Source of the DNA: Patescibacteria group bacterium
Lineage (GTDB): Bacteria > Patescibacteriota > Patescibacteriia > Buchananbacterales > UBA6539
Direction of reading: 5' to 3'
Length of the DNA: 64,000 bases
Assembly: GCA_034003985.1 (NCBI GenBank)
Contig: JAVEXP010000003.1
Span: 58,643 to 122,642, forward strand
Positions 36,671 to 45,856 of this stretch are shown piece after piece. The notes beneath the pieces were generated by a model that searched no databases, was not told where the DNA came from, and saw only the letters and a program-made list of their open reading frames with translations. Within the stretch, counting starts at the first letter, position 1. Every line of letters starts with the position of its first letter. A program made the position numbers and the translations under genes.

Positions 36671-37625
36671 AGCGACAATTGATTATTTAACTTTTGAATT
36701 ACTAAAATTAAATCCCGCTTCGCCGCTGGGACAAAGTGTTAATTTTTTTATTTACGACAGCATTAAAATCCTGCTATTACTTCTGATTGTCACTAATTTG
36801 ATGAGCTTGATTCGTTATTACTTGCCATTGGAAAAAATTCGCGATTTTCTTAGTACCAATAAATTACACGGCTTGGAATATTTTTTGGCAGCAGGCTTTG
36901 GAGCAATCACGCCATTTTGTTCCTGTTCGTCCATTCCCCTGTTTATCGGCTTTTTGGGCGCCGGAATTCCCCTGGGCGTTACTCTGGCGTTCCTGATTAC
37001 CTCACCACTAGTCAATGAAGTGGGATTAGCCTTATTCATCGGATTATTCGGCTGGAAAATAACTATCATTTACGCGGTCAGTGGCATCATTATCGGGGTT
37101 AGCGGCGGTTACATTTTAGGAAAATTAAAACTGGAAAAATATGTTGCTTCGTTTGTTCGGGAGACCAAAATTAATCAAGCGGCAGTCAAAACAACGGCTA
37201 AAAAATCAATTAGGCAGATTGCTAAAATAATCTGGCAAGAAGCTCAAGGGATTATTGTTAAAATTTTGCCCTATATTCTGGCTGGGGTAGCAATCGGGGC
37301 AATTATTCACGGCTATGTCCCCCATGGTTATTTTGAAAAATACCTCGGTAAGGAAAATTTTTGGGCGGTACCGCTGGCCGTTATTTTAGCAGTACCACTT
37401 TACTCCGATCATAGCGGGATAATCCCGATTATCAAGGTACTAATAGACAAAGGTATCCCCTTGGGAACGGCGATGGCTTTCATGATGGCCACAGTCGGAC
37501 TGTCCCTGCCCGAAGCAATGATCCTAAAAAAAATAATGCGCTGGCAATTACTGACAACTTTTTTCGGGGTTGTTACTTTAGGAATAATCATTTTAGGCTA
37601 TCTCTTTAATCTGATAATTTTCTGA
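36663..37625 (+). CDS. Predicted permease (DUF318/ArsP-like) with a CxC metal/thiol motif
   Basis: Ten TM helices; TPFCSCSSIPLFIGF is the conserved motif. Confidence 0.65.
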   Translation: MLKATIDYLTFELLKLNPASPLGQSVNFFIYDSIKILLLLLIVTNLMSLIRYYLPLEKIRDFLSTNKLHGLEYFLAAGFGAITPFCSCSSIPLFIGFLGAGIPLGVTLAFLITSPLVNEVGLALFIGLFGWKITIIYAVSGIIIGVSGGYILGKLKLEKYVASFVRETKINQAAVKTTAKKSIRQIAKIIWQEAQGIIVKILPYILAGVAIGAIIHGYVPHGYFEKYLGKENFWAVPLAVILAVPLYSDHSGIIPIIKVLIDKGIPLGTAMAFMMATVGLSLPEAMILKKIMRWQLLTTFFGVVTLGIIILGYLFNLIIF

Positions 37626-37683
37626 TTGGCTAGAAAACGCCGCCGGAACCCCAACGGTGTTTTTGAATAGCAAAAAATCAAAC

Positions 37684-37731
37684 TTGACAGCCAAAAATAA
37701 AAATATTACAATATCCCCATATAGGGGATAT
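37684..37731 (+). promoter_or_regulatory. Sigma70 promoter (TTGACA-17-TACAAT) overlapped by a 21-bp perfect palindrome ATATCCCCATATAGGGGATAT (candidate CsoR operator)
   Basis: -35 at 37684-37689, -10 at 37707-37712. The palindrome at 37711-37731 begins inside the -10. G/C-tract inverted repeats are the typical CsoR operator type, and csoR is the next gene. Confidence 0.6.
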
Positions 37732-37765
37732 TTTTAATAAAACTAAAATCAGTATTAAGAACCGT

Positions 37766-38038
37766 ATGGACAAAAGACACAAAACAACAACCAAAGACAG
37801 AGCGCTCCACCGGATTAAAATTATCAAGGGCCATCTTGATTCAGTGGAAAAGATGATTCAACAAAATCAATATTGCGTTGACATAGTTCACCAATCCCGA
37901 GCCGTCCAAAAAGCCTTACAAAAATTGGATTTATTAATTATTAACAACCACCTAAATCATTGCGTGGTCAAACAAATTAAAAACGGCCAGGAAGCCAAAA
38001 GTACCGCCGAGCTTCTACGGTTGTTTGAATATCGCTAA
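37766..38038 (+). CDS. csoR: CsoR/RcnR-family metal-sensing transcriptional repressor
   Basis: ALHRIKIIKGHLDSVEKMIQQNQYCVDIVHQSRAVQKAL...NNHLNHCV carries the C-H-C ligand set of Cu(I)-sensing CsoR. Confidence 0.8.
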   Translation: MDKRHKTTTKDRALHRIKIIKGHLDSVEKMIQQNQYCVDIVHQSRAVQKALQKLDLLIINNHLNHCVVKQIKNGQEAKSTAELLRLFEYR

Positions 38039-39470
38039 AAATATGGACAAAAATTATAAAGAAAAAACTTTATATATCAGCGGCATGCATTGCCCATCAT
38101 GCGAAATACTAATTGAAAAAAAGTTGCTAAAAAAAGAAGGTGTTGAAGCAGTTGAAGCATCGTTGAACAATTCTTCGGTACAAATTGTTTCGACCAACAA
38201 CACCGAAATTAACTTAGACGAACTCAATCGGGAATTTGCTGAATTGGGCTATTGCTTCAGCACCAAACCACTTGCCAAAAAAAATCATCACCTATTCTTT
38301 AAAAATCCTGACGGCAAATGGAAAATCAATCATCAGCAAGCTAAAAAACTATTCAAGAGCTTCCTGATTGCGGGCGGTTTCCTGATAATTTTTATAATAA
38401 TTGAAAAGGCCCAAGTCGGGAAATTTGTCTCAATTAAACCAGGGGCAACACTTTCGGCATTCTTCCTACTGGGGTTGACCGCTGGCGTTTCCAGCTGCGC
38501 CGCACTGGTTGGTGGCGTTTTATTATCTCTGACCAAGCATTGGCATGAACAAAACATTGATGCCGAGACCAACCTCGGTCGGGCAAAGCCACACTTAATG
38601 TTTCATTTTGGCCGAGTCAGCTCATTTTTTATTCTGGGCGGCATTCTAGGCTCAATTGGTGAGGTGATCACCTTTAACAACACAACGGTCTATGCTTTGT
38701 TGGTAATTGCGATTTCAGTGGTCATGTTACTTTCGGCCTTGCAGATGCTTAATGTTTCTTGGGCTAAAAAATTCTATTTTCGAATGCCCAAATTCATCAC
38801 TAGGGCGGCGGCCAAAGACCAAACCAACAAAACCGGTTTTGGGCCATTATTTGAGGGCGCTTTGACTTTCTTTCTGCCCTGCGGCTTCACTCTCATTGCC
38901 CAAGGAGCGGCTTTGGCCAGCGGGAATTTTCTTTTCGGCGCTTTAATAATGCTTTATTTTGCTTTTGGTACAATGCCGATGTTAATCGGCATCAGTCTTA
39001 GCGGTCTAAAATTCACCAGTAAACCTCATCTGACTGCCAAATTTTCAACAGTGGCGGGAATCTTAGTACTGTTTTTTGCCTTATACAATATCAATGGCCA
39101 ATTCAATGTTTTGGGATTACCCAGTCTCAACGACACTCCCCTGTTTAATGGACCACCGACAACCAAAACTTTGGACTTAGCAAAAAATAATCAAACTGAC
39201 GAACAAATAATTTCTTTAATCGCCAAAGACTTTAATTATATCCCTAATGGGCCAACCGAAATCAAAGCCGGCGTGCCGACCAAATTGATTGTCGATAATC
39301 AAGGAATTTTGGGGTGCGGCTCTTTTCTAGCCTCGCGCGGACTGATTAACGGTTTTGTGTCGCTGGCCAAAGGCCAAAATATCATTGATTTAGGAACACC
39401 GAAACCCGGCACTTACAAAATTACCTGTTCAATGGGAATGGTCCATCCGGTAACAATCAACATTAATTAA
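38025..39470 (+). CDS. Membrane protein with an N-terminal HMA (MxCxxC) domain, a DsbD/CcdA-like transmembrane core and a C-terminal cupredoxin-like beta-sandwich; part of the copper operon
   Basis: GMHCPSCEILIEKKL (HMA). The TM core has one Cys in each of two helices (GVSSCAALVGG; FFLPCGFTLIA). The C-terminus is ...GILGCGSF...YKITCSMGMVHPVTI. Overlaps csoR by 14 nt. Confidence 0.5.
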   Translation: MNIAKNMDKNYKEKTLYISGMHCPSCEILIEKKLLKKEGVEAVEASLNNSSVQIVSTNNTEINLDELNREFAELGYCFSTKPLAKKNHHLFFKNPDGKWKINHQQAKKLFKSFLIAGGFLIIFIIIEKAQVGKFVSIKPGATLSAFFLLGLTAGVSSCAALVGGVLLSLTKHWHEQNIDAETNLGRAKPHLMFHFGRVSSFFILGGILGSIGEVITFNNTTVYALLVIAISVVMLLSALQMLNVSWAKKFYFRMPKFITRAAAKDQTNKTGFGPLFEGALTFFLPCGFTLIAQGAALASGNFLFGALIMLYFAFGTMPMLIGISLSGLKFTSKPHLTAKFSTVAGILVLFFALYNINGQFNVLGLPSLNDTPLFNGPPTTKTLDLAKNNQTDEQIISLIAKDFNYIPNGPTEIKAGVPTKLIVDNQGILGCGSFLASRGLINGFVSLAKGQNIIDLGTPKPGTYKITCSMGMVHPVTININ

Positions 39471-39471
39471 T

Positions 39472-39687
39472 ATGGATCAAGTTTTAACCATTAACGGCAT
39501 GCATTGCAATGCCTGCCGAAATCTAATTCGGATGGAATTGGCAGACAACGGTTACGCCGACAAGATTAAATCCATCAAAATTGTTAGCTCCAACCAAGGA
39601 AAAATTGAACTTCAAGAAGTTTCAATCGCCGAACAGGCGGCGATAAAAAAAATAATAAATAATCTGGCCCAATATTCCATTACTTAA
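39472..39687 (+). CDS. copZ: Copper chaperone CopZ (single HMA domain)
   Basis: LTINGMHCNACRNLI in a 71-aa protein. Confidence 0.8.
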   Translation: MDQVLTINGMHCNACRNLIRMELADNGYADKIKSIKIVSSNQGKIELQEVSIAEQAAIKKIINNLAQYSIT

Positions 39688-39692
39688 ATAAT

Positions 39693-42134
39693 ATGATCAA
39701 AAAAATTTTTCCCATCGTTGGAATGCATTGCGCTTCGTGTAAAATGCTAATCGAAAAAATGGTCGGTAAACTTGACGGCGTAACATCCGTAACAGTTAAT
39801 TACGCCACCGAGAAAATGGCCGTTGAATATGACGAAAATAAAATTAACATTGTCGATCTGGCCGGAGCGGTGGGTAAAGCCGGATCATATCAACTAGTCA
39901 CCGATGAACACAACCAAACGGTTCTAACTCCTAACAATCTAGCTAACCGACCGCAGGCCAAAATGCATGACCACGCTTCGGTTTTAAAACAAAAAGAATA
40001 TCAATTACTAAAAATTAAGGTAATATTAATCGGTTTGGGCGTAATACCTTTTGCGATCATTATGGCTAATATGATTCTGGCGGCTTTAGGTTTAAGCCGA
40101 GGTTGGCATGCACCGCTAGGATACCTTAATATCGAATCATTAAGCTACCGCCTAAATTTGCTCTGGTTTTTGGAATTTTTATTAGCCACACCGATTATAT
40201 TTATCGGCGGGTGGCAATTCTTCAGCAGTGCGCTCAGCGCCCTTAAAGCCAAAGCCGCCAACATGGATACGCTGATTGCCCTGGGCACTTTCACCGCCTG
40301 GTTGTTTTCGACAATCGTCACTTTCACCCCCGACATTCTTGGCGGGATTAAAACCGAAGTATTCTACGAAGCGGCCGTTTTTATTGTCTTTTTTATCCTG
40401 CTGGGGAGACTACTGGAAGCCCGGGCCAAGGGCCAGGCCAATGACGCAATTAAAAAACTGCTCGCTTTGCAGGCCAAAGAGGCAACCGTGATTAGAGACG
40501 GACGAGAAATTAAAATTCCAATTGACCAAGTGATTATCGGGGACAAAATTATGGTTAAGCCCGGAGAAAAAATCCCGGTTGACGGTATCATTGTCGAAGG
40601 CGCCAGCACCATTGACGAATCAATGATCAGCGGCGAATCAATGCCGGTAGATAAAACAATCGGCCAGCAGGTAATTGGAGCAACCATCAACAAAACCGGG
40701 GCTTTTATTTTCGAGGCCAAAAAAATCGGTGCCGATACCATTTTGGCACAAATCATTAATCTGGTTGAACAGGCTCAAGCGACTACCGCGCCAATCCAGC
40801 GACGGGCCGATAAAATCTCGGCCATATTTGTCCCAACCGTAACGGTAATTGCCGTAATCGCCTTTTGGTTTTGGTGGCTGGCAGCGCCAAGACTGGGGCT
40901 ACTAACAAGCGATCAGCCAATTATTCAATTGGCGGTTTTCATTGCCACCACGATTTTAATCATCGCCTGTCCCTGCGCTCTGGGACTAGCCACGCCGACC
41001 GCCGTAATGGTAGGTACTGGCAAAGCCGCGGGGCGAGGAATTTTAATCAAAGATGCCAGTGCTTTAGAAATAGTCCACAAAGTTAACACCGTTGTTTTTG
41101 ACAAAACCGGCACGCTAACCAAGGGACAACCGGAAGTAACCGAGGTGGTGATTGCCCCTGGCACAAATCAGGCCAGGCTTTTTCAACAAGCCTACGCCAT
41201 TGAAAAATTATCAGAACATCCCTTATCAACAGCCATTACTAGATACACCGAAACCAAAATTAAACCCTTGGCCGAAAAAGTCAAAAATTTTTCCGCGATT
41301 GCCGGTCAAGGGATTAAAGCTCAATTGGATCAAACGGAAATTTTACTTGGCAACCAAAGATTAATGTCAGAAAATAACATCAGATCTAATCCGCAAATTG
41401 ACCAAGCGGCCAAACAATTAGTTAAATCCGGCAAGACCATAATTTTAATGGCCGTTGCGGGAAATTTACAAGCCGTCTTTGGACTGGCCGATGTTGTCAA
41501 AACCGACTCTCGGCTCGCCATTGAAAAATTACAGCGCCTGGGAATGAAAACAATAATGTTAACCGGTGACAACTTAAAAACCGCCCAAACGATTGCCAAA
41601 CAATTGGGAATTGATGATGTTATTGCCGATGTCTTACCTCAAGATAAGAGTGACATTATTAAAAAATTACAAAACCACGATCAAATGGTGGCAATGGTTG
41701 GTGACGGTATTAACGACGCACCAGCCCTAGCCCAGGCAGATGTGGGAATCGCCATGGGCAACGGTACCGATATTGCAATTGAAGCCGGTGACATTATTTT
41801 AGTCAAGGGTTCATTGGATAAAGTCGCCGAAGCCATAACTATGTCAAAATTAACTTTAATTACCATCAAACAAAATCTGTTTTGGGCGTTTGGCTATAAT
41901 ATCGTTGCCATTCCGCTGGCAGCCGGGGTACTCTATCCAGTATCGGGATTATTGTTATCCCCCATCATTGCCAGCGCGGCCATGGCTTTTAGTTCAATAT
42001 CAGTGGTCTTAAACAGTCTCCGATTAAAAACCTTGACTTTAACTAATCGCTATTTTTCTGATGCCGTTTTTTATCTCTTCATCGTCATATTCTTGGCGGC
42101 AGCCGGCTATGCCGGAACTCTACTAACTGACTAA
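39693..42134 (+). CDS. copA: Copper-translocating P1B-type ATPase
   Basis: N-terminal HMA GMHCASCKML, transmembrane CPC (IIACPCALGLATP), DKTGTLT, GDGINDAPAL. 813 aa. Confidence 0.9.
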   Translation: MIKKIFPIVGMHCASCKMLIEKMVGKLDGVTSVTVNYATEKMAVEYDENKINIVDLAGAVGKAGSYQLVTDEHNQTVLTPNNLANRPQAKMHDHASVLKQKEYQLLKIKVILIGLGVIPFAIIMANMILAALGLSRGWHAPLGYLNIESLSYRLNLLWFLEFLLATPIIFIGGWQFFSSALSALKAKAANMDTLIALGTFTAWLFSTIVTFTPDILGGIKTEVFYEAAVFIVFFILLGRLLEARAKGQANDAIKKLLALQAKEATVIRDGREIKIPIDQVIIGDKIMVKPGEKIPVDGIIVEGASTIDESMISGESMPVDKTIGQQVIGATINKTGAFIFEAKKIGADTILAQIINLVEQAQATTAPIQRRADKISAIFVPTVTVIAVIAFWFWWLAAPRLGLLTSDQPIIQLAVFIATTILIIACPCALGLATPTAVMVGTGKAAGRGILIKDASALEIVHKVNTVVFDKTGTLTKGQPEVTEVVIAPGTNQARLFQQAYAIEKLSEHPLSTAITRYTETKIKPLAEKVKNFSAIAGQGIKAQLDQTEILLGNQRLMSENNIRSNPQIDQAAKQLVKSGKTIILMAVAGNLQAVFGLADVVKTDSRLAIEKLQRLGMKTIMLTGDNLKTAQTIAKQLGIDDVIADVLPQDKSDIIKKLQNHDQMVAMVGDGINDAPALAQADVGIAMGNGTDIAIEAGDIILVKGSLDKVAEAITMSKLTLITIKQNLFWAFGYNIVAIPLAAGVLYPVSGLLLSPIIASAAMAFSSISVVLNSLRLKTLTLTNRYFSDAVFYLFIVIFLAAAGYAGTLLTD

Positions 42135-42273
42135 ACCAACTCCTTTTAAAAAAATGCCAAAGGGGCGGTTTTTTTGGTATTTAAAAAATGTCCTTGACAA
42201 GATTAAAATTTTAAGATAATATAATTATGGGTATATATTCATAATTAATAATCCATAGAAAGGTGGTGATTTT

Positions 42274-42504
42274 ATGCCTTATTTTGATGGTACTGGCCCT
42301 TTGGGAAACGGTGCAATGGGACGCGGGTTGGGACCCTGCGGTCGCGGACTAAACCGCGGTCGCGGCGGATTCAGCCGACGGTTTTGGCATCGCAACTGGA
42401 CCAAACAGGACGAGCTCAAATCTCTGGACGAGGAAGAAAAAACGCTCAAAGAAGAACTAGCAGCCATTAGCCAGGAGCGCGAAAACCTGACAAACCAAAA
42501 ATAA
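42274..42504 (+). CDS. DUF5320-like small protein (Gly-rich N-terminus with a Cys, then a coiled coil)
   Basis: MPYFDGTGPLGNGAMGRGLGPCGRGLNRGRGG...LKSLDEEEKTLKEELAAISQERENL. Upstream promoter TTGACA-17-TAATAT at ~42201-42229. Confidence 0.45.
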   Translation: MPYFDGTGPLGNGAMGRGLGPCGRGLNRGRGGFSRRFWHRNWTKQDELKSLDEEEKTLKEELAAISQERENLTNQK

Positions 42505-42595
42505 AGAAGGCTTGGGAGACTGCTCCCCCTTTTTTAGGGGGAGCAGGCAAGCCTTCTTAGTCAACAGAGTATCACTTTATTTAATAATTTTCAAT

Positions 42596-42874
42596 ATGCC
42601 AAGACCAAGAAAATGCCGCCGGATAAGATGGCGCGGAGACGCCAATTACTTTAAGCCGCTGGGAATACCCATGCGCCATTTGACCGAGATTGAACTGACC
42701 GCCGAGGAAATCGAGGCTGTCCGACTGAAAGATTATTTGGGATTAGATCAAACCGAGGCAGCTAAAAAAATGAATACTTCCCAAAGCACTTTCCAACGAA
42801 TTTTGACCTCGGCCAGAAAAAAAATCGCTCAAGCGATTACCACTGGTCAAGCAATTAAAATTAATATTAAATAA
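42596..42874 (+). CDS. DUF134 (UPF0251) family putative DNA-binding protein
   Basis: MPRPRKCRRIRWRGDANYFKPLGIPMRHLTEIELTAEEIEAVRLKDYLGLDQTEAAKKMNTSQSTFQRILTSARKKIAQAI contains a sigma-70 region-4-like HTH. The ORF-track start at 42512 (TTG) runs through the upstream palindrome and is probably not real. Confidence 0.6.
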   Translation: MPRPRKCRRIRWRGDANYFKPLGIPMRHLTEIELTAEEIEAVRLKDYLGLDQTEAAKKMNTSQSTFQRILTSARKKIAQAITTGQAIKINIK

Positions 42875-42881
42875 CAAAAAC

Positions 42882-43151
42882 ATGAAAGTCTTAAAATTCG
42901 GCGCTGTCTGGTGTCCAGGCTGCGTCATTATGAAACCGCGCTGGCAGGAAATTGAGGCTGAACTGCCCTGGCTAAAAACCGAATATTATGAATATGACGA
43001 CCATCCGGAATTAATAGAACAATACCAAATCGGCCAAGAAATTCCCGTATTTATATTCCTGGATAAAGATGGCAAAGAATTTGCCAGATTTAAAGGAGAA
43101 ATCAGTAAAAAAGAGTTGATTGAATTTGTTAAAAATAATAAAAACAAATAG
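42882..43151 (+). CDS. Thioredoxin-family protein (variant WCPGC active site)
   Basis: KFGAVWCPGCVIMKPRW... in an 89-aa protein. Confidence 0.7.
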   Translation: MKVLKFGAVWCPGCVIMKPRWQEIEAELPWLKTEYYEYDDHPELIEQYQIGQEIPVFIFLDKDGKEFARFKGEISKKELIEFVKNNKNK

Positions 43152-43153
43152 CT

Positions 43154-43786
43154 CTATTCTTTGGGCTGTAAGATTTCAGTTGAGCCGGTAATCAGGACGA
43201 GCTTTGACCCCCCATCAGCCAATTTAATGGTCAGACTGGTATCGTCTTTTTTTAATATTTCACCTTGAACCATCATTGAACTCTGACTGGTCCTGGCCTG
43301 AATACCATTTGGCCGGGAATTACCCTGCTGGGCAAAACGCGATCGCATTTGTTCGCGTTGCTCATCGGTCAAATCTTCAAAATCCGGCATTTGACCGTTG
43401 GCTTTGGCGACAGCCTGTTGGCGATCCTGGGATCCGACACCTTGATCAGGCTGAGGGCGAATATCGGAGTTAATCATTCCCAAACCAGGCGGGAGCATAT
43501 TTTCAGCAGCGCCGACAATAATCCTGCTGGCGGTGATGCTGCCATCGTCATTACTAGCACCCGTAATCACCACTTGGTTGCCAATAACCAACTGCGAAAA
43601 ATCTGTGATGGTAAAATTTTCTTCAAAATTGAACCGGACGGCTCGATCGGTAGAAGTGGCTTGATCCAAAAAATTGTTTAAATCGCCTTGGCTATTATTA
43701 CCAGCATTCTGGCTGGCAGTTGCACAACCACTAATAAGCAACAGTCCGGAGGCCAAAGTTAAGTAAAAAAAGTTAACCTTTTTCAT
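43154..43786 (-). CDS. Hypothetical lipoprotein
   Basis: Lipobox LLLISGC at residues 17-21. Q/S/N/D-rich mature region. Confidence 0.5.
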   Translation of the reverse strand: MKKVNFFYLTLASGLLLISGCATASQNAGNNSQGDLNNFLDQATSTDRAVRFNFEENFTITDFSQLVIGNQVVITGASNDDGSITASRIIVGAAENMLPPGLGMINSDIRPQPDQGVGSQDRQQAVAKANGQMPDFEDLTDEQREQMRSRFAQQGNSRPNGIQARTSQSSMMVQGEILKKDDTSLTIKLADGGSKLVLITGSTEILQPKE

Positions 43787-43898
43787 TTCCTAAGTTAGTT
43801 AATAATAAAATAAAAAAGTAAGGATTAAAATTGCCAAGGCGGCAAGCAACAATACGGCGAAAGCCTTGAATTTATTGCCGGATTGATCATCAAAATCG

Positions 43899-45125
43899 TT
43901 ATTCATATCGCAAGGCCTGAATCGGGTCAAGCTTGGCCGCCCGGCGCGCCGGATAATAACCAAAAATAATACCGATGCCAGAAGACACCCCAACGGCCAG
44001 AATAATTGACGAAACATTAACCACTGTAGTGGTGCCGCTTAATTTGGTAATTAAAATTGACGCCAGCCAACCAAGAAAAATGCCAATGACACCGCCAACA
44101 AAAGTCAAAGCCATTGATTCAGCCAAAAATTGGAAACTGATGTCCCGTCGCTTAGCGCCAAGCGATTTACGCAAACCGATTTCCCTGGTGCGTTCGGTAA
44201 CGGTGGTCAGCATCATATTCATAATGCCAATTCCGCCGACCAATAAAGAAATGCCGGCGATCGCTCCCAACAACAAAGTCAGGGTGCCGCTGACTGAAGA
44301 CAAAGCGCTCAAGACATCGGCTTGATTGACAATGGTAAAATCGGCGCTGGCGGCGTCAGCGATTTTGTGCCTAGTTAAAAGCAAATTGGTAACTTCTTCC
44401 TGAGCAGCATCCATTAAATCCTCTTGGCTAATTTCGATATTAATATTACTAACCGATTCACTGCCAGTAAGATAACGCTGGGCCGTAGAAATCGGAATAT
44501 AAATCAAGTCGTCGGAACTGCCAAACCCGGTTCCACCCTTGGAAGTGGTCACACCAATAACCGTAAACTCCAATCCCTCAATGCGAATTTTTTTACCGAC
44601 CGGGTCGGCATCTTGGCCGAACAAATCATCTCTGGTAGTCGGGCCTAAAACCGCGACCTTGGAATTTCGGCTGACATGCTGATCAGTGATGAAAGTCCCC
44701 AAATCAACAGCCACGGTTTTAATTTCACCATAGGCCGGAGTGATACCATAAATGCTGGTGTTAGTATTGGTACCTTCGGTTGTAGCAACTTGTTTGCGGG
44801 AAGAAACCGTTGGCGCAATGGCTTTGATATTGCTGACTTCTTGGGCAATGGCATTGGAATCATCAATGGTCAAGGTAGTTGCCGAACCAAAGCCGCCGCG
44901 CACCACCGAACCGGCAGTCCGCTGCGAACCAGGCGAGACCACCAACAAATTAGTGCCCAGCGATTGAATATTGGACTGAATATCAGCCGTCGCGCCTTGG
45001 CCGATTGAAATCATCGCAATCACTGAGCCAATGCCAATGACAATCCCTAAAATCGTCAAAGCTGAACGAGACTTATTGGAATACAGGGCCAAATAGGTTT
45101 CTTGAAACAAATCAGAAACTAGCAT
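43899..45125 (-). CDS. ABC transporter permease (FtsX/MacB-like, with a periplasmic domain)
   Basis: N-terminal TM, a ~220-aa extracytoplasmic MacB_PCD-like region, and a C-terminal FtsX 3-TM bundle (GIMNMMLTTVTERTREIGLRKSLGA). Confidence 0.8.
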   Translation of the reverse strand: MLVSDLFQETYLALYSNKSRSALTILGIVIGIGSVIAMISIGQGATADIQSNIQSLGTNLLVVSPGSQRTAGSVVRGGFGSATTLTIDDSNAIAQEVSNIKAIAPTVSSRKQVATTEGTNTNTSIYGITPAYGEIKTVAVDLGTFITDQHVSRNSKVAVLGPTTRDDLFGQDADPVGKKIRIEGLEFTVIGVTTSKGGTGFGSSDDLIYIPISTAQRYLTGSESVSNINIEISQEDLMDAAQEEVTNLLLTRHKIADAASADFTIVNQADVLSALSSVSGTLTLLLGAIAGISLLVGGIGIMNMMLTTVTERTREIGLRKSLGAKRRDISFQFLAESMALTFVGGVIGIFLGWLASILITKLSGTTTVVNVSSIILAVGVSSGIGIIFGYYPARRAAKLDPIQALRYE

Positions 45126-45127
45126 GG

Positions 45128-45856
45128 TTATTTATCCTTTAATAAATTCTCACTTTGACGATCAACCGCAATTAATCCATCTTTGATTTCAATCACCCGA
45201 TCAGCATGTTCGGCAACATACTTCTCGTGAGTGATTAACACAATGGTATGACCTTTCTCACGGTTAAGGCGTTGAAAAGTTTCTAAAACGATATCACCGG
45301 TTTTGGAATCCAAATTGCCGGTCGGCTCATCTGCCAAAATCAAATCCGGTTCGTTGACCAGCGCCCGAGCAATGGCCACCCGCTGCATCTGTCCGCCGGA
45401 CAATTGATTGGAAAGATGGTGCCAGCGATTTTCCTCCAAACCCGAAGCCTGCAAAGCGACTTTGGCTTTGGCCAAGCGCTGAACCTTAGGAGTTGCCCGG
45501 TCATAAATTAAAGGCAACATGACATTGCGCAACACCGTTGAACGGGAAAGTAAATTAAACGATTGAAATACAAAACCAATTTTTTGCGAGCGGATTTCGG
45601 CCAGTTTATCATTGGATAAAGTCAACATATCCTGGCCGTTAAGAAAATAACAGCCGGAAGTCGGACGATCCAAAGCGCCTAAAATATGCATCAAGGTCGA
45701 CTTGCCGGAACCAGACGGACCGACAATCGCCACAAATTCACCCGGTTTAATTTCGAATGACACTTCTTTTAGAACTTTCAATTCAATGTCACCGGTATTA
45801 TAAATTTTAGTCAGCTTTTCGCATTTAATCATATTATCGCGGCGGGCCAGTGGCAC
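45128..45856 (-). CDS. ABC transporter ATP-binding protein (MacB/LolD-type)
   Basis: Walker [11 protein letters not shown], signature [15 protein letters not shown], Walker [12 protein letters not shown]. Confidence 0.9.
   Translation of the reverse strand: MPLARRDNMIKCEKLTKIYNTGDIELKVLKEVSFEIKPGEFVAIVGPSGSGKSTLMHILGALDRPTSGCYFLNGQDMLTLSNDKLAEIRSQKIGFVFQSFNLLSRSTVLRNVMLPLIYDRATPKVQRLAKAKVALQASGLEENRWHHLSNQLSGGQMQRVAIARALVNEPDLILADEPTGNLDSKTGDIVLETFQRLNREKGHTIVLITHEKYVAEHADRVIEIKDGLIAVDRQSENLLKDK

Noticed and set aside
43799-44017. 72-aa minus-strand ORF overlapping the 3' end of the ABC permease gene
   Set aside because: Most of it is out-of-frame overlap with a confidently called FtsX-family permease. 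Only the last ~35 codons lie in intergenic DNA (a possible tiny TM peptide), which is too weak to call.
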